Assembly (NCBI GenBank): GCA_964603385.1
Contig: CAZRUS010000004.1
Coordinates: 66,632-130,631, forward strand
Length of the DNA: 64,000 nt
Origin: an uncultured Anaerolineales bacterium
GTDB lineage: Bacteria > Chloroflexota > Anaerolineae > Anaerolineales > UBA11858
Direction: 5' to 3'
The position numbers and the translations under genes are program-made. Within the stretch, counting starts at the first letter, position 1; every line of letters starts with the position of its first letter. The notes below the pieces were generated by a model. The model saw only the letters and a program-made list of their open reading frames with translations, was not told the DNA's origin and did no database searches. This document shows, in pieces, positions 10,069-18,900 of the stretch.

Positions 10069-11802
10069 ATGAGGAAAAAACTGTTCGTCCTGTTTTCCGT
10101 TATGATGGTCGGCGCGATGCTGCTGTCGGCCTGCGGACCCAGGGCCCAGAAGGCAGAGGTTGCCACCGGTGAAGACCTGGTGACCCTGAACATCAACTGG
10201 CAGACCGAACCTCCCACACTGGATCCCTCGTTGGCCACAGACACCACCTCGGTGGACGTGCTCAACAACCTGTTCGTGGGCCTGACCCAGTTTGATCCGG
10301 TCACCGGCGAGGTTTCCCCCGCCCTGGCCACCGACTGGGAATCCGGCACCGACGATGAGGGCAACCAGACCTGGACCTTCACCATGCGCGATGACGTTCC
10401 CTGGGTGAAATACAACGCCGAGACCGGCGAGGTTGTCCAGGAAGTGGATGAAGAGGGCGAGCCCCACTTTGTCGACGCCAGCGACGTTGTCTACGGCTTC
10501 CGCCGCACGGTGGATCCTGAGACCGGTTCTGACTATTCCTACATCACCTATGTGATCAAGAACGCTCAGCCCATCAACAGCGGTGATGAAGCCTTCACAG
10601 TGGAAGATCTTGGTGTGGAAATGGTGGATGATTTCACCGTTCGCTTCACCCTTGAAAATCCCGCAGGCTACTTCCCCGCCATCGCCGGCTTATGGATTGG
10701 CTACCCGATGCCCCAATGGGCCATCGAGGCAAGCGGCGAGGAATGGACCGAGCCCGAGAATATCGTTACCAACGGCCCCTATGTGCTGGAAGAATGGGTC
10801 CACGGTGCTGAGCTCAACCTGGTGAAGAACCCGCTGTGGGTCAATGCTGACGACGTGCAGATCGAGCGCGTGGAAGGCGTGATGATCACCGAAGCCTCCA
10901 CCGGATTTGCGCTCTATGAGAACAACGAGCTGGACACAGCTGCTGTGCCGCTCCCCGAGATGGATCGTGTGAAAACCGATCCTGAGCTGAGCGAGGAATA
11001 CTTCTCCGCTCCGGTGCCCTGCACCTACTACTACGGCTTCACCAACAACAAACCGCCGTTTGACGACGTGCGTGTCCGCACAGCGTTCACCCAGTCCATC
11101 GACCGCCAGAGCCTGATCGACAACGTGCTCAAGGGCGGCCAGACCCCGGCGACCTCCTTTGCGCCTCCTGGTATCTTTGGCGCTCCGGAACCGGGCGAGG
11201 TTGGCTTGGAATACGATCCTGAGGCTGCGCAGGCTGCCTTCCAGGAATACCTGGATGATAACGGCATGTCCGTGGAAGACTTCAACGCCATGGATGTGGT
11301 GCTGATGCACAACACCAGCGAGGGTCACGCCCGCATCGCCGCTGCCATCCAGCAGATGTGGACCGACACCCTGGGTGTGGAAGTCCGGGTCGAGAACCAG
11401 GAATGGGCTGTCTATCTGAACACCATCGAAAAGGATTCTCCTCTCGAGGACATGCCGCATGTCTGGCGGCTCGGTTGGTGCGCGGACTACCCGGATGAGA
11501 ACAACTGGATTCATGAGGTCTTCAACGCCAACGCTGGTGCCAACCGGCTGCGCCGCGAACCGACTGAATTCGATGAGATCACCGCACAGGCCGCGAAAGT
11601 TCAGGATCCTGCCGAGCGTGAGGAGCTGTACTTAGAGGCCGAGAGAATGCTGGCTGAAGATGAAGTTGCCTATGCCCCGATCTATCACTACTCCACGGAG
11701 AACGTGACCAAGCCGTGGGTGGACCGCAACTTCCCGCCCCTCGGCGGCATCGACATCTACAACTGGACGATTGACATGGCAGCGAAAGAAGCCGCCCAGT
11801 AA
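10069..11802 (+). CDS. ABC transporter substrate-binding lipoprotein, family 5 (peptide type)
   Basis: SD GAAGGAG upstream. Signal/lipobox MMVGAMLLSACG. Family-5 SBP-like length and composition, sitting directly before the permease genes. Confidence 0.85.
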   Translation: MRKKLFVLFSVMMVGAMLLSACGPRAQKAEVATGEDLVTLNINWQTEPPTLDPSLATDTTSVDVLNNLFVGLTQFDPVTGEVSPALATDWESGTDDEGNQTWTFTMRDDVPWVKYNAETGEVVQEVDEEGEPHFVDASDVVYGFRRTVDPETGSDYSYITYVIKNAQPINSGDEAFTVEDLGVEMVDDFTVRFTLENPAGYFPAIAGLWIGYPMPQWAIEASGEEWTEPENIVTNGPYVLEEWVHGAELNLVKNPLWVNADDVQIERVEGVMITEASTGFALYENNELDTAAVPLPEMDRVKTDPELSEEYFSAPVPCTYYYGFTNNKPPFDDVRVRTAFTQSIDRQSLIDNVLKGGQTPATSFAPPGIFGAPEPGEVGLEYDPEAAQAAFQEYLDDNGMSVEDFNAMDVVLMHNTSEGHARIAAAIQQMWTDTLGVEVRVENQEWAVYLNTIEKDSPLEDMPHVWRLGWCADYPDENNWIHEVFNANAGANRLRREPTEFDEITAQAAKVQDPAEREELYLEAERMLAEDEVAYAPIYHYSTENVTKPWVDRNFPPLGGIDIYNWTIDMAAKEAAQ

Positions 11803-11816
11803 CTTTAACTGATCTG

Positions 11817-11855
11817 CATGGAGGCTGGGAGCTGCCTCCCAGCCTCCATGTTTTT
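11817..11855 (+). terminator. Intrinsic terminator/attenuator between the binding-protein gene and the permease genes
   Basis: Perfect 15-bp stem CATGGAGGCTGGGAG / CTCCCAGCCTCCATG with loop CTGC, followed by TTTTT (11851-11855). Confidence 0.75.
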
Positions 11856-11871
11856 AGAAGGACGTACTGTT

Positions 11872-12888
11872 ATGGCTCGATACATCATCCGCAGAATCTT
11901 GCAGTTTATCCCTGTCCTGCTGGGAGTTACCTTATTTACCTTTGTGCTCATGCGCGCTATCCCCGGCGGACCGTTTGATTTCGTCGGCGATCGCAGCCTG
12001 CCGCCCCAGATCCGGGCCAACATGGAAGCCAAGTACCGCTTGGACTGGCCGATGTGGAAGCAGTTTGTCTCCTATGTGGTCGGAGATGATGTGCTGGGAG
12101 AGGAAAGGGGGTCCCGGGGGATCATCCGCGGAGATTTTGGGCCATCACTGCACTTTCGCGGGCAGCAGGTCAGCGATATCATCGCTACCACCCTGCCTAT
12201 ATCTGCACAGCTGGGATTCATGTCACTGCTGCTCTCCGTGATTATCGGAATCCCCGCAGGAATCATCGCAGCGCTGAATCAGAACAGCTGGATCGATTAT
12301 ATATCCACTTTCGGGGCTGTTTTTTTCCTGTCTGTGCCTAACCTGGTCTTATCTCCTATTTTGATCTGGATCTTTGCTTTGAAGCTGGGTTGGTTCCCGG
12401 TTGCTACCTGGGGTGCCAAACCCCCCTACCTGCTGGGCTTTTTGCCCCGCCTGGAACAGCTGAACCGGGAATATTTCGCCCATGCTGTCATGCCGGTCTT
12501 TGCTCTGGGGACCGCCTATGCAGCCCAGATTGCCCGTCTGACCCGGGCCAGTTTGCTGCAGGTCGTTGGGGAGGATTACATCCGCACTGCCCGGGCTAAA
12601 GGGCTGAAAGAGCGGGTGGTCATTGTCATCCACGCCCTGAAAAACAGCCTCATCCCGGTGGTCACCATCCTGGGTCCGCTGTTTGCGGCTCTGCTGACAG
12701 GGACGTTTATTGTTGAAACCATCTTTGGGATCAACGGCATGGGCAAGCACTTTGTGAACAGCATAGGCAACCGGGATTATCAGGTGATCACCGGCGTCAC
12801 CTTAATTTATGCAATCGCGCTGGTTGTCGCCAATCTGGTGGTGGATGTCACCTATGCCTGGCTTGATCCCCGTATTCGCTATGACTAG
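11872..12888 (+). CDS. Peptide ABC transporter permease (DppB/OppB-like)
   Basis: ATG 11872 gives MARYIIRRILQFIPVLLGVTLFTF, the typical DppB N-terminus. EAA-type coupling motif YIRTARAKGLKERVVIVIHALKNSLIPV. The ORF-track start at 11818 lies inside the terminator hairpin. Confidence 0.9.
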   Translation: MARYIIRRILQFIPVLLGVTLFTFVLMRAIPGGPFDFVGDRSLPPQIRANMEAKYRLDWPMWKQFVSYVVGDDVLGEERGSRGIIRGDFGPSLHFRGQQVSDIIATTLPISAQLGFMSLLLSVIIGIPAGIIAALNQNSWIDYISTFGAVFFLSVPNLVLSPILIWIFALKLGWFPVATWGAKPPYLLGFLPRLEQLNREYFAHAVMPVFALGTAYAAQIARLTRASLLQVVGEDYIRTARAKGLKERVVIVIHALKNSLIPVVTILGPLFAALLTGTFIVETIFGINGMGKHFVNSIGNRDYQVITGVTLIYAIALVVANLVVDVTYAWLDPRIRYD

Positions 12889-12923
12889 CGGGGTACTGAA
12901 CAACCGGTTATCTGGAGGAATGT

Positions 12924-13922
12924 ATGGCAGTTGCTGAAATGGCAGGCAGGGGAGCCCAGGAAAAAAGTCTCTGGCAAAAATCTGTTTCCCGCCTGCTGCG
13001 CAATCGAGTGGCAGTTGGCAGCGGGATCTTCATCATCCTGATGGTCCTGGTGGCACTTTTTGCAGGAACGCTGGCCCCCTATTCATTTGCCGAGCAGGAT
13101 TTGACTGCGAACAATGCTATTCCGGAGTGGATGCTGTTTATGCTGCCGGAAGGGGCTTCTGATTACGCCAACATCAACAATGATTATGTGCTTTCTGCGG
13201 ACCACCTGGGACGGGATATTCTCAGCCGGACGATTTTTGGCGCCCGGGTATCCCTGACCATCGCTTTCGCCGGATCCGGCGTCAGCCTGCTGGTGGGAGT
13301 GATCTATGGGATGATCTCCGGATATTCCGGAGGCAGAATCGACAATATCATGATGCGCATTGTAGACTTCCTGTATGCTTTTCCCTTCCTGATCACGGTG
13401 ATCTTGCTGCAGACCTATTTCAAGGCCATTTCCCGGCGGGGCGGTGGAGAGGGTCTGGGCAGTGCCATCATCAATCTCAATAATGACCTCGGGGGTATGC
13501 TCTTCCTGTTCATTGCGATTGGCCTGATCAACTGGATCGGTATGGCCCGCATCGCCCGCGGTCAGGTGCTGTCTTATAAGCAGATGGAGTTTGTCGAGGC
13601 TGCCCGAGCAATCGGAGCGAATGACACCCGGATTATGATCCGCCACCTGCTCCCCAATATCCTGGGACCGCTGATTGTGGCAGAAACGCTGGCGATTCCG
13701 GGGTATATCTTCACGGAATCCTTCCTGAGTTTTATCGGGCTTGGTGTTAACGCGCCCACACCCAGCTGGGGGATTATGATCTCTGAGGGTGTTGAAGCCC
13801 TGCGCATCTACCCTAACCAGGTGCTGGTACCGGCAATTGCCTTATCCCTGACCACATTGGCGTTTAACTTCTTGGGAGATGGGCTTCGGGATGCGTTCGA
13901 TCCCCGTCAGATAGAACGCTAA
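12924..13922 (+). CDS. Peptide ABC transporter permease (DppC/OppC-like)
   Basis: GRDILSRTIFGARVSL motif and coupling motif FVEAARAIGANDTRIMIRHLLPNILGPL, with multiple TM segments. Confidence 0.9.
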   Translation: MAVAEMAGRGAQEKSLWQKSVSRLLRNRVAVGSGIFIILMVLVALFAGTLAPYSFAEQDLTANNAIPEWMLFMLPEGASDYANINNDYVLSADHLGRDILSRTIFGARVSLTIAFAGSGVSLLVGVIYGMISGYSGGRIDNIMMRIVDFLYAFPFLITVILLQTYFKAISRRGGGEGLGSAIINLNNDLGGMLFLFIAIGLINWIGMARIARGQVLSYKQMEFVEAARAIGANDTRIMIRHLLPNILGPLIVAETLAIPGYIFTESFLSFIGLGVNAPTPSWGIMISEGVEALRIYPNQVLVPAIALSLTTLAFNFLGDGLRDAFDPRQIER

Positions 13923-13956
13923 CAGACACGGAAAACCCCCCATCACAGGATTAATT

Positions 13957-13984
13957 CACTGCGGATGCAGAGGCATCCGCAGTG
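13957..13984 (+). terminator. Strong hairpin after the permease gene (probable terminator/attenuator)
   Basis: Perfect 12-bp stem CACTGCGGATGC / GCATCCGCAGTG with loop AGAG, followed by TCTTCTT. It overlaps the ORF-track ATG at 13965, which supports the 14004 start for the next gene. Confidence 0.55.
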
Positions 13985-14003
13985 TCTTCTTGAGGATAAT
14001 AGA

Positions 14004-15767
14004 ATGAAAAGCAATCTTCGCACCACCCTGACAGGAAAGCTGATCATGGGACTGCTGCTGGTATTCCTGGCCGCGGGCTGCAGCGGTTCCCTGGAAAAAT
14101 CCAGGAAGCCATCAGAGGATATCAGCCGGGGACTTCCCCTCTCGATTACCGCCTCCAGTTCCTTAGGGTTTGAGGTCACCCCGGATGGAGAAGCGATCCG
14201 GATCCTGATCAACGAAGAGGAAACTGCAGCTCGATTTCACTACTACCAGCTCAACCGGGCGGCAGAAATTGTCCGGGATGTGATCCTGGATCTTGATTTG
14301 GAAGGGATCGTTCGCTCCCCGGAAATCGTTTCCCACCCCGACGGTTTTCATCTGGTCTGGGCTGCCCGTCCGCAAGCGGGGTCCGGCTGGCAGCTCTGGT
14401 ATGCCAATCTGGACCTGGAGGGGAATCAGCGCATCTCCCCCCGGCGGGTGTCCGGAGATACGGAGTGGGTCAACCGCTATCAGCTGGTGGATGATGGCGC
14501 CGGCGGAGTTTTTGTGATCTGGGAGGACGGCAGCAAAGATGTAATTATGACCGCCCATATGGATGCCGCGGGAGAGCGCTTATCAAGCCCGGGTGTGCTG
14601 ATTGAACAGGGGGAAAATCCTTCCGTCCGGCGGGACCCGGGAGGACATATTCATCTCGCCTGGATGAATGAGGACACCCTGATGTATGCTGCGGTTGATG
14701 CCCTGGATTCCACCCTTCAGGGAACCCCCCTGCTGGATCTGCAGGTGAGCATGGGCAACACCTTGAACGGACCGGTGATTGGGGTGACGGATCAACATGT
14801 GCATTGTTTCTGGTCCATCCTCCGGCAGACCGGTATGGAAGCAGGGACGGCTGTGACAGAATTTATCAGCTTCCCGGTGAATTCTCCGGAAAGTCCCACC
14901 CCCGAGCAGCTCAATGTGTTCAGCAGCCCGGAGGATAGGTCCCGGCCTTATCAGGGTAGATTGAGTCTGGCGGAAATTATTTTGCCTCCGGAGGAGGATT
15001 ACCTGAGCACGGATTTTGTTTTTCATCCTCAAACATCCTCGATCAGCGGTCAATCCCTGGCGGTGGCTGTCTCCGCAAATCAGGAGATCCGATTGGACCG
15101 TTATATTCAGGTGGTGATTGGAATTTTTGAGGGGGGGGAGTATCAGGGATACACAATCGGCACCCGGACGACCCAGTATTCCCGGGACGCAGAGGTGGAA
15201 ATTGATCGTCAGGGCAACCTCCATCTGGTGTGGCGGGATGGAGCCAAAGGGAATCAAGTGTATTACGCCACCACCTCCGAAGCGGGCAAACGCACCTTGA
15301 ATAGAATCACACTTGCCGATCTGCCTACGGTGCTGTTCTCCGGTGGATTGGAAGCGCTGACCGGGGTGCTGCTCTTCCCGTTTGCTTTTCCCTGGATGGC
15401 GGTGGGACTGCTGATCATGATTGTGTATCGATTGATTGAAAACGATGAGGATATCTCCCAGACCCTTTCCAGGGTCTTGCTGGGGGTGTCCCTGGCTGCT
15501 TACCAGATTTCGAAACTGCTTTTTTTGCCGGATATTATGCTTTATGTACCCTTCTCCGCCTGGCTGGATATTCCCATCTGGCTGGCACCCATTCTGCAGG
15601 TCGGTGTGCCCATCCTGGTCTTTGGTTTGGGACTGCTGGCTGCTGAGATACGCCGCAAGCGGATGGATGGGGAACCCTCGTCTCTGGTATATTATCTGCT
15701 GGTCGTGATCGTGGATATGGTGCTGACCCTGGCATTTTACGGGGTAATCTTCCTGGGCGAATACTGA
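14004..15767 (+). CDS. Hypothetical lipoprotein with a beta-propeller-like ectodomain and a C-terminal multi-TM region
   Basis: MKSNLRTTLTGKLIMGLLLVFLAAGCSGS (lipobox). Five spaced strands end in W: GFHLVWAAR, GVFVIWEDG, GHIHLAWMNE, HVHCFWSIL, GNLHLVWRDG. The C-terminal ~140 aa contain 4-5 hydrophobic helices (LFPFAFPWMAVGLLIMIVY ... VLTLAFYGVIFLG). Confidence 0.7.
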   Translation: MKSNLRTTLTGKLIMGLLLVFLAAGCSGSLEKSRKPSEDISRGLPLSITASSSLGFEVTPDGEAIRILINEEETAARFHYYQLNRAAEIVRDVILDLDLEGIVRSPEIVSHPDGFHLVWAARPQAGSGWQLWYANLDLEGNQRISPRRVSGDTEWVNRYQLVDDGAGGVFVIWEDGSKDVIMTAHMDAAGERLSSPGVLIEQGENPSVRRDPGGHIHLAWMNEDTLMYAAVDALDSTLQGTPLLDLQVSMGNTLNGPVIGVTDQHVHCFWSILRQTGMEAGTAVTEFISFPVNSPESPTPEQLNVFSSPEDRSRPYQGRLSLAEIILPPEEDYLSTDFVFHPQTSSISGQSLAVAVSANQEIRLDRYIQVVIGIFEGGEYQGYTIGTRTTQYSRDAEVEIDRQGNLHLVWRDGAKGNQVYYATTSEAGKRTLNRITLADLPTVLFSGGLEALTGVLLFPFAFPWMAVGLLIMIVYRLIENDEDISQTLSRVLLGVSLAAYQISKLLFLPDIMLYVPFSAWLDIPIWLAPILQVGVPILVFGLGLLAAEIRRKRMDGEPSSLVYYLLVVIVDMVLTLAFYGVIFLGEY

Positions 15768-15902
15768 GCCCGCTTTCAAACCGGACCGATGGATTTTTCC
15801 TGCTGATCCTCCACCCCGCAGCAAGAACCAGGATCTGGGGTCAATGGGTATGATTTATCAAAGGGGATGATCTTTAAACAGAAAATGTGAGAGTAGCTGA
15901 CC

Positions 15903-18900
15903 ATGTGGAGTGAATATAAACACACCTTAAGGAAGTTGAGAGGCCAGATCCTTGGCTGGAGCCTGGGAGTGGTCCTTTACAGCCTGCTGATGGTGTTTAT
16001 TTATCCTGATATCGCGGAGATCGATATCTCCAGCCTGCTGGAGAGCTACCCGGAGGAAATGCTGGCTTTCTTTGGAGACAGCATCCGGGCTCTGACCTCC
16101 GCTCAGGGATATCTGGATATCTATTTCTTCAACTATATGACCGTGGTGCTGGGCATCTTCGCCGTCGGAACGGGCGCCAAACTGCTGGTCAAAGAGGAAG
16201 AAGAGGGTCTGATGGACCTGATTCTTGCTTATCCGGTCAGCCGGAGCAGTCTTTTTTGGGGGAGGATATTTGGCTATATCACGGCTCTGGCTGCAGTTCT
16301 TGCTCTGGCCTGGTTGACCTGGTGGCTGCCCTCCCGGATGGTCGGGTTGGAGCTGACGGCTGTCCAGCTGCTGCGGCCTTTTCTCTCTTTGTTTGGCGTG
16401 CTGCTGGTATTTGGTAGTTTTTCCCTGCTGCTCAGTTTGCTGCTTCCCTACAGTCGCGCAGCCGGTATGCTGTCCGGCGGGGCCCTGATCGCCAGTTATC
16501 TGCTGCTGGGTTTGTCCAATATTAATCAGAATTTGGAACCTCTGACGAAGCTGACCCCGCTGCATATATACCAGGGAGGTCAGGCGATCAGCGGCCTTAA
16601 TCTGGACTGGCTGTTGATTTACGGCGAGTTGGTGATCTTGTTTCTGTTCCTCGCCTGGTGGAGATTTCTGGAGCGGGACATTGCTGTGGGTGGAGAGGGT
16701 GGCTGGAAAGAGCTGCTGCCCGGGCAGCGGGAAACTTCCCGGAACCCCTCGCTGTGGAAGCAGATCCGACAGCCGATGTTATTTTTTGGCCAGCGGTTGA
16801 TCTTTGGGCTGCTTGTGCTGGGCTTTATCAGCTATGCCAGTTTCCTGGGGTTGGATATGGCCCGGGGTGAACCTTTCCAGGAGGCGGCCGTGCAGAGCGC
16901 CAGAAAGACGCTGGACTATGCCGGAGATGTCATCCAGGGGGAATTCGGTCAGACCAGCTCCGGCAGCGTCTCCCTGCGGTCGAAACCGGTAGAGGAAGTG
17001 GTCCCTGCTGTTCTGGGACGCAGTTTGGGGCTGCTGGGAGTTTCCCTGGCTTTTGCTGCGGTTGTGGGGGTGCTGCTGGGGATATTCATCGCTGGCAAAC
17101 GATCCGGCATCACGCTGGGCGCGATCATCTTCTCCATTGCCGGGGTTTCTGTGCCCAGCTTTTTTGCGGCGCTGCTGCTCCAGCTGGGGGTGATCCAGCT
17201 GACGAAAATCACCGGCAGAACCCTGCTGCCGGCAGGGGGATTCGGGTGGGATAATCACCTCGTCCTCCCGGCCTTGGTGTTGGCTGCCAGACCGCTGGCT
17301 CAAATCTCCCGGGTGACTTTTGTCACCGTGGAGGATATTCTATCCCAGGATTATATTCGAACGGCCTACAGCAAAGGGCTGAGAGGAATCTATGTCACAG
17401 CGGTTCATCTCCTCCGCAATGCTGCGGTGCCGGTGCTGACCACGATCGGCTTATCCCTGCGTTTTGCCCTCAGCAGCCTGCCGATCGTAGAATTTTACTT
17501 CGGCTGGCAGGGAGCCGGCTACACGCTGCTGCAGGCAATTTCCAACCGGGATGATTATCTCACGGTAATCCTGGTGCTCTGTCTGGGCATATTGTTCATT
17601 GTGGTAAATATGCTGCTGGATGGGGCCTATTTATTAATTGACCCCCGACTGCGCAGTAAGACAGAAAAAGCCAATCTTCGGAACAGGGAAACGATCTGGC
17701 AGAAAGGGAAAAAGTTCGCATCCGCGGTGAAACATTTTTTTACAGAGCGAAAATGGCAATCCTGGTTCCGCAAAAAGCAATCTGCCGGCCCCAGTCCTTT
17801 TCGGGAGATCATTGACAGTCGTGAGGAAGAGTTTGTTTATAATGATCAGCTGGAGTTGACCCGTCACCGGGCCCGGGTGTGGTTGAAAGGGACGCTGGGC
17901 AATCCTGCCCTGATTATCGGTACTGTGATTGTTCTGGCGCTGCTGGGGGTGATGCTCCTGAGTCCGGTGATCTCTCCGCACAGTCCTTATTCCACGCAGA
18001 GCATGACCATTGAAGAGGGGGAGTTCAGCGTTCCGCCATTTCCCCCCGGAGAACGCTTTCCCTGGGGAACGGATCCCCTGGGCCGGGACTTAATGAGCTT
18101 GATCTTCGCCGGGGCTCAGCAGACCCTCACCCTGGCGGTCTCCGTGGTGGCTGTACGACTGCTGGTAGGTTTTCTGTTGGGAGCAGCCGGAGGATGGAAT
18201 TCCGGGGGAGGGCTGGATCGTTTTGTCCTGGGCCTGTCCGAGGTGATCTCCGCCTTTCCGGCGCTGCTGCTGGTGATGGTGCTGATCCTGGGGATAGGCA
18301 TCCGGCAGGGGATGCAGCCCTTCATTATTGCCCTCAGTTTTATCGGCTGGGGCGAAATCATGCAGTTTGTGCGCAGCAAGGTGATGGAGATTAAAACCAA
18401 GCTGTTCATAGAAGGCGCGCAGGCGGCGGGGGCAAATTCTTTGCGCATTATTCGCAAGCATGTGCTGCCCAATCTGGTCCCTGAGATGGTCTCCATTCTC
18501 TCCCTGGAAATGGGAGCGGTCCTGATGCTGCTGGGGGAACTGGGATTTATTGGCATATTTATCGGTGGGGGCGCTTTTGCAGAACTTGAAATCTGGGGGC
18601 CGCCTTACCATTATTCTGATGTTCCCGAATGGGGGGCACTGTTGAGCAACATCCGTCTTTATGCTCGATCCTATCCCTGGACAGCCCTCTATCCCGCCGG
18701 GGCCTTTTTTGTGGCCATCCTGGGATTTAACTTCTTTGGCGAGGGCATCCGTCGGTTGATTGACCACGTGGGCGTGGCTGCCACCCGCTTATTTGTCAAT
18801 AAGTACACGCTCGCTGCCCTGGCAGTCCTGGGGGGCTTGTTTTTCTGGTTCCGCGGCAGCACCGGTTCCCTTGCTGTGTTTCAACAGCAGGCCAGAACCT

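Noticed and set aside
14583-15824. 413-aa minus-strand ORF opposite the propeller/TM protein gene
   Set aside because: Same reasoning as above. It is an antisense shadow ORF, very rich in His/Gln/Arg/Gly, with no recognisable domain.
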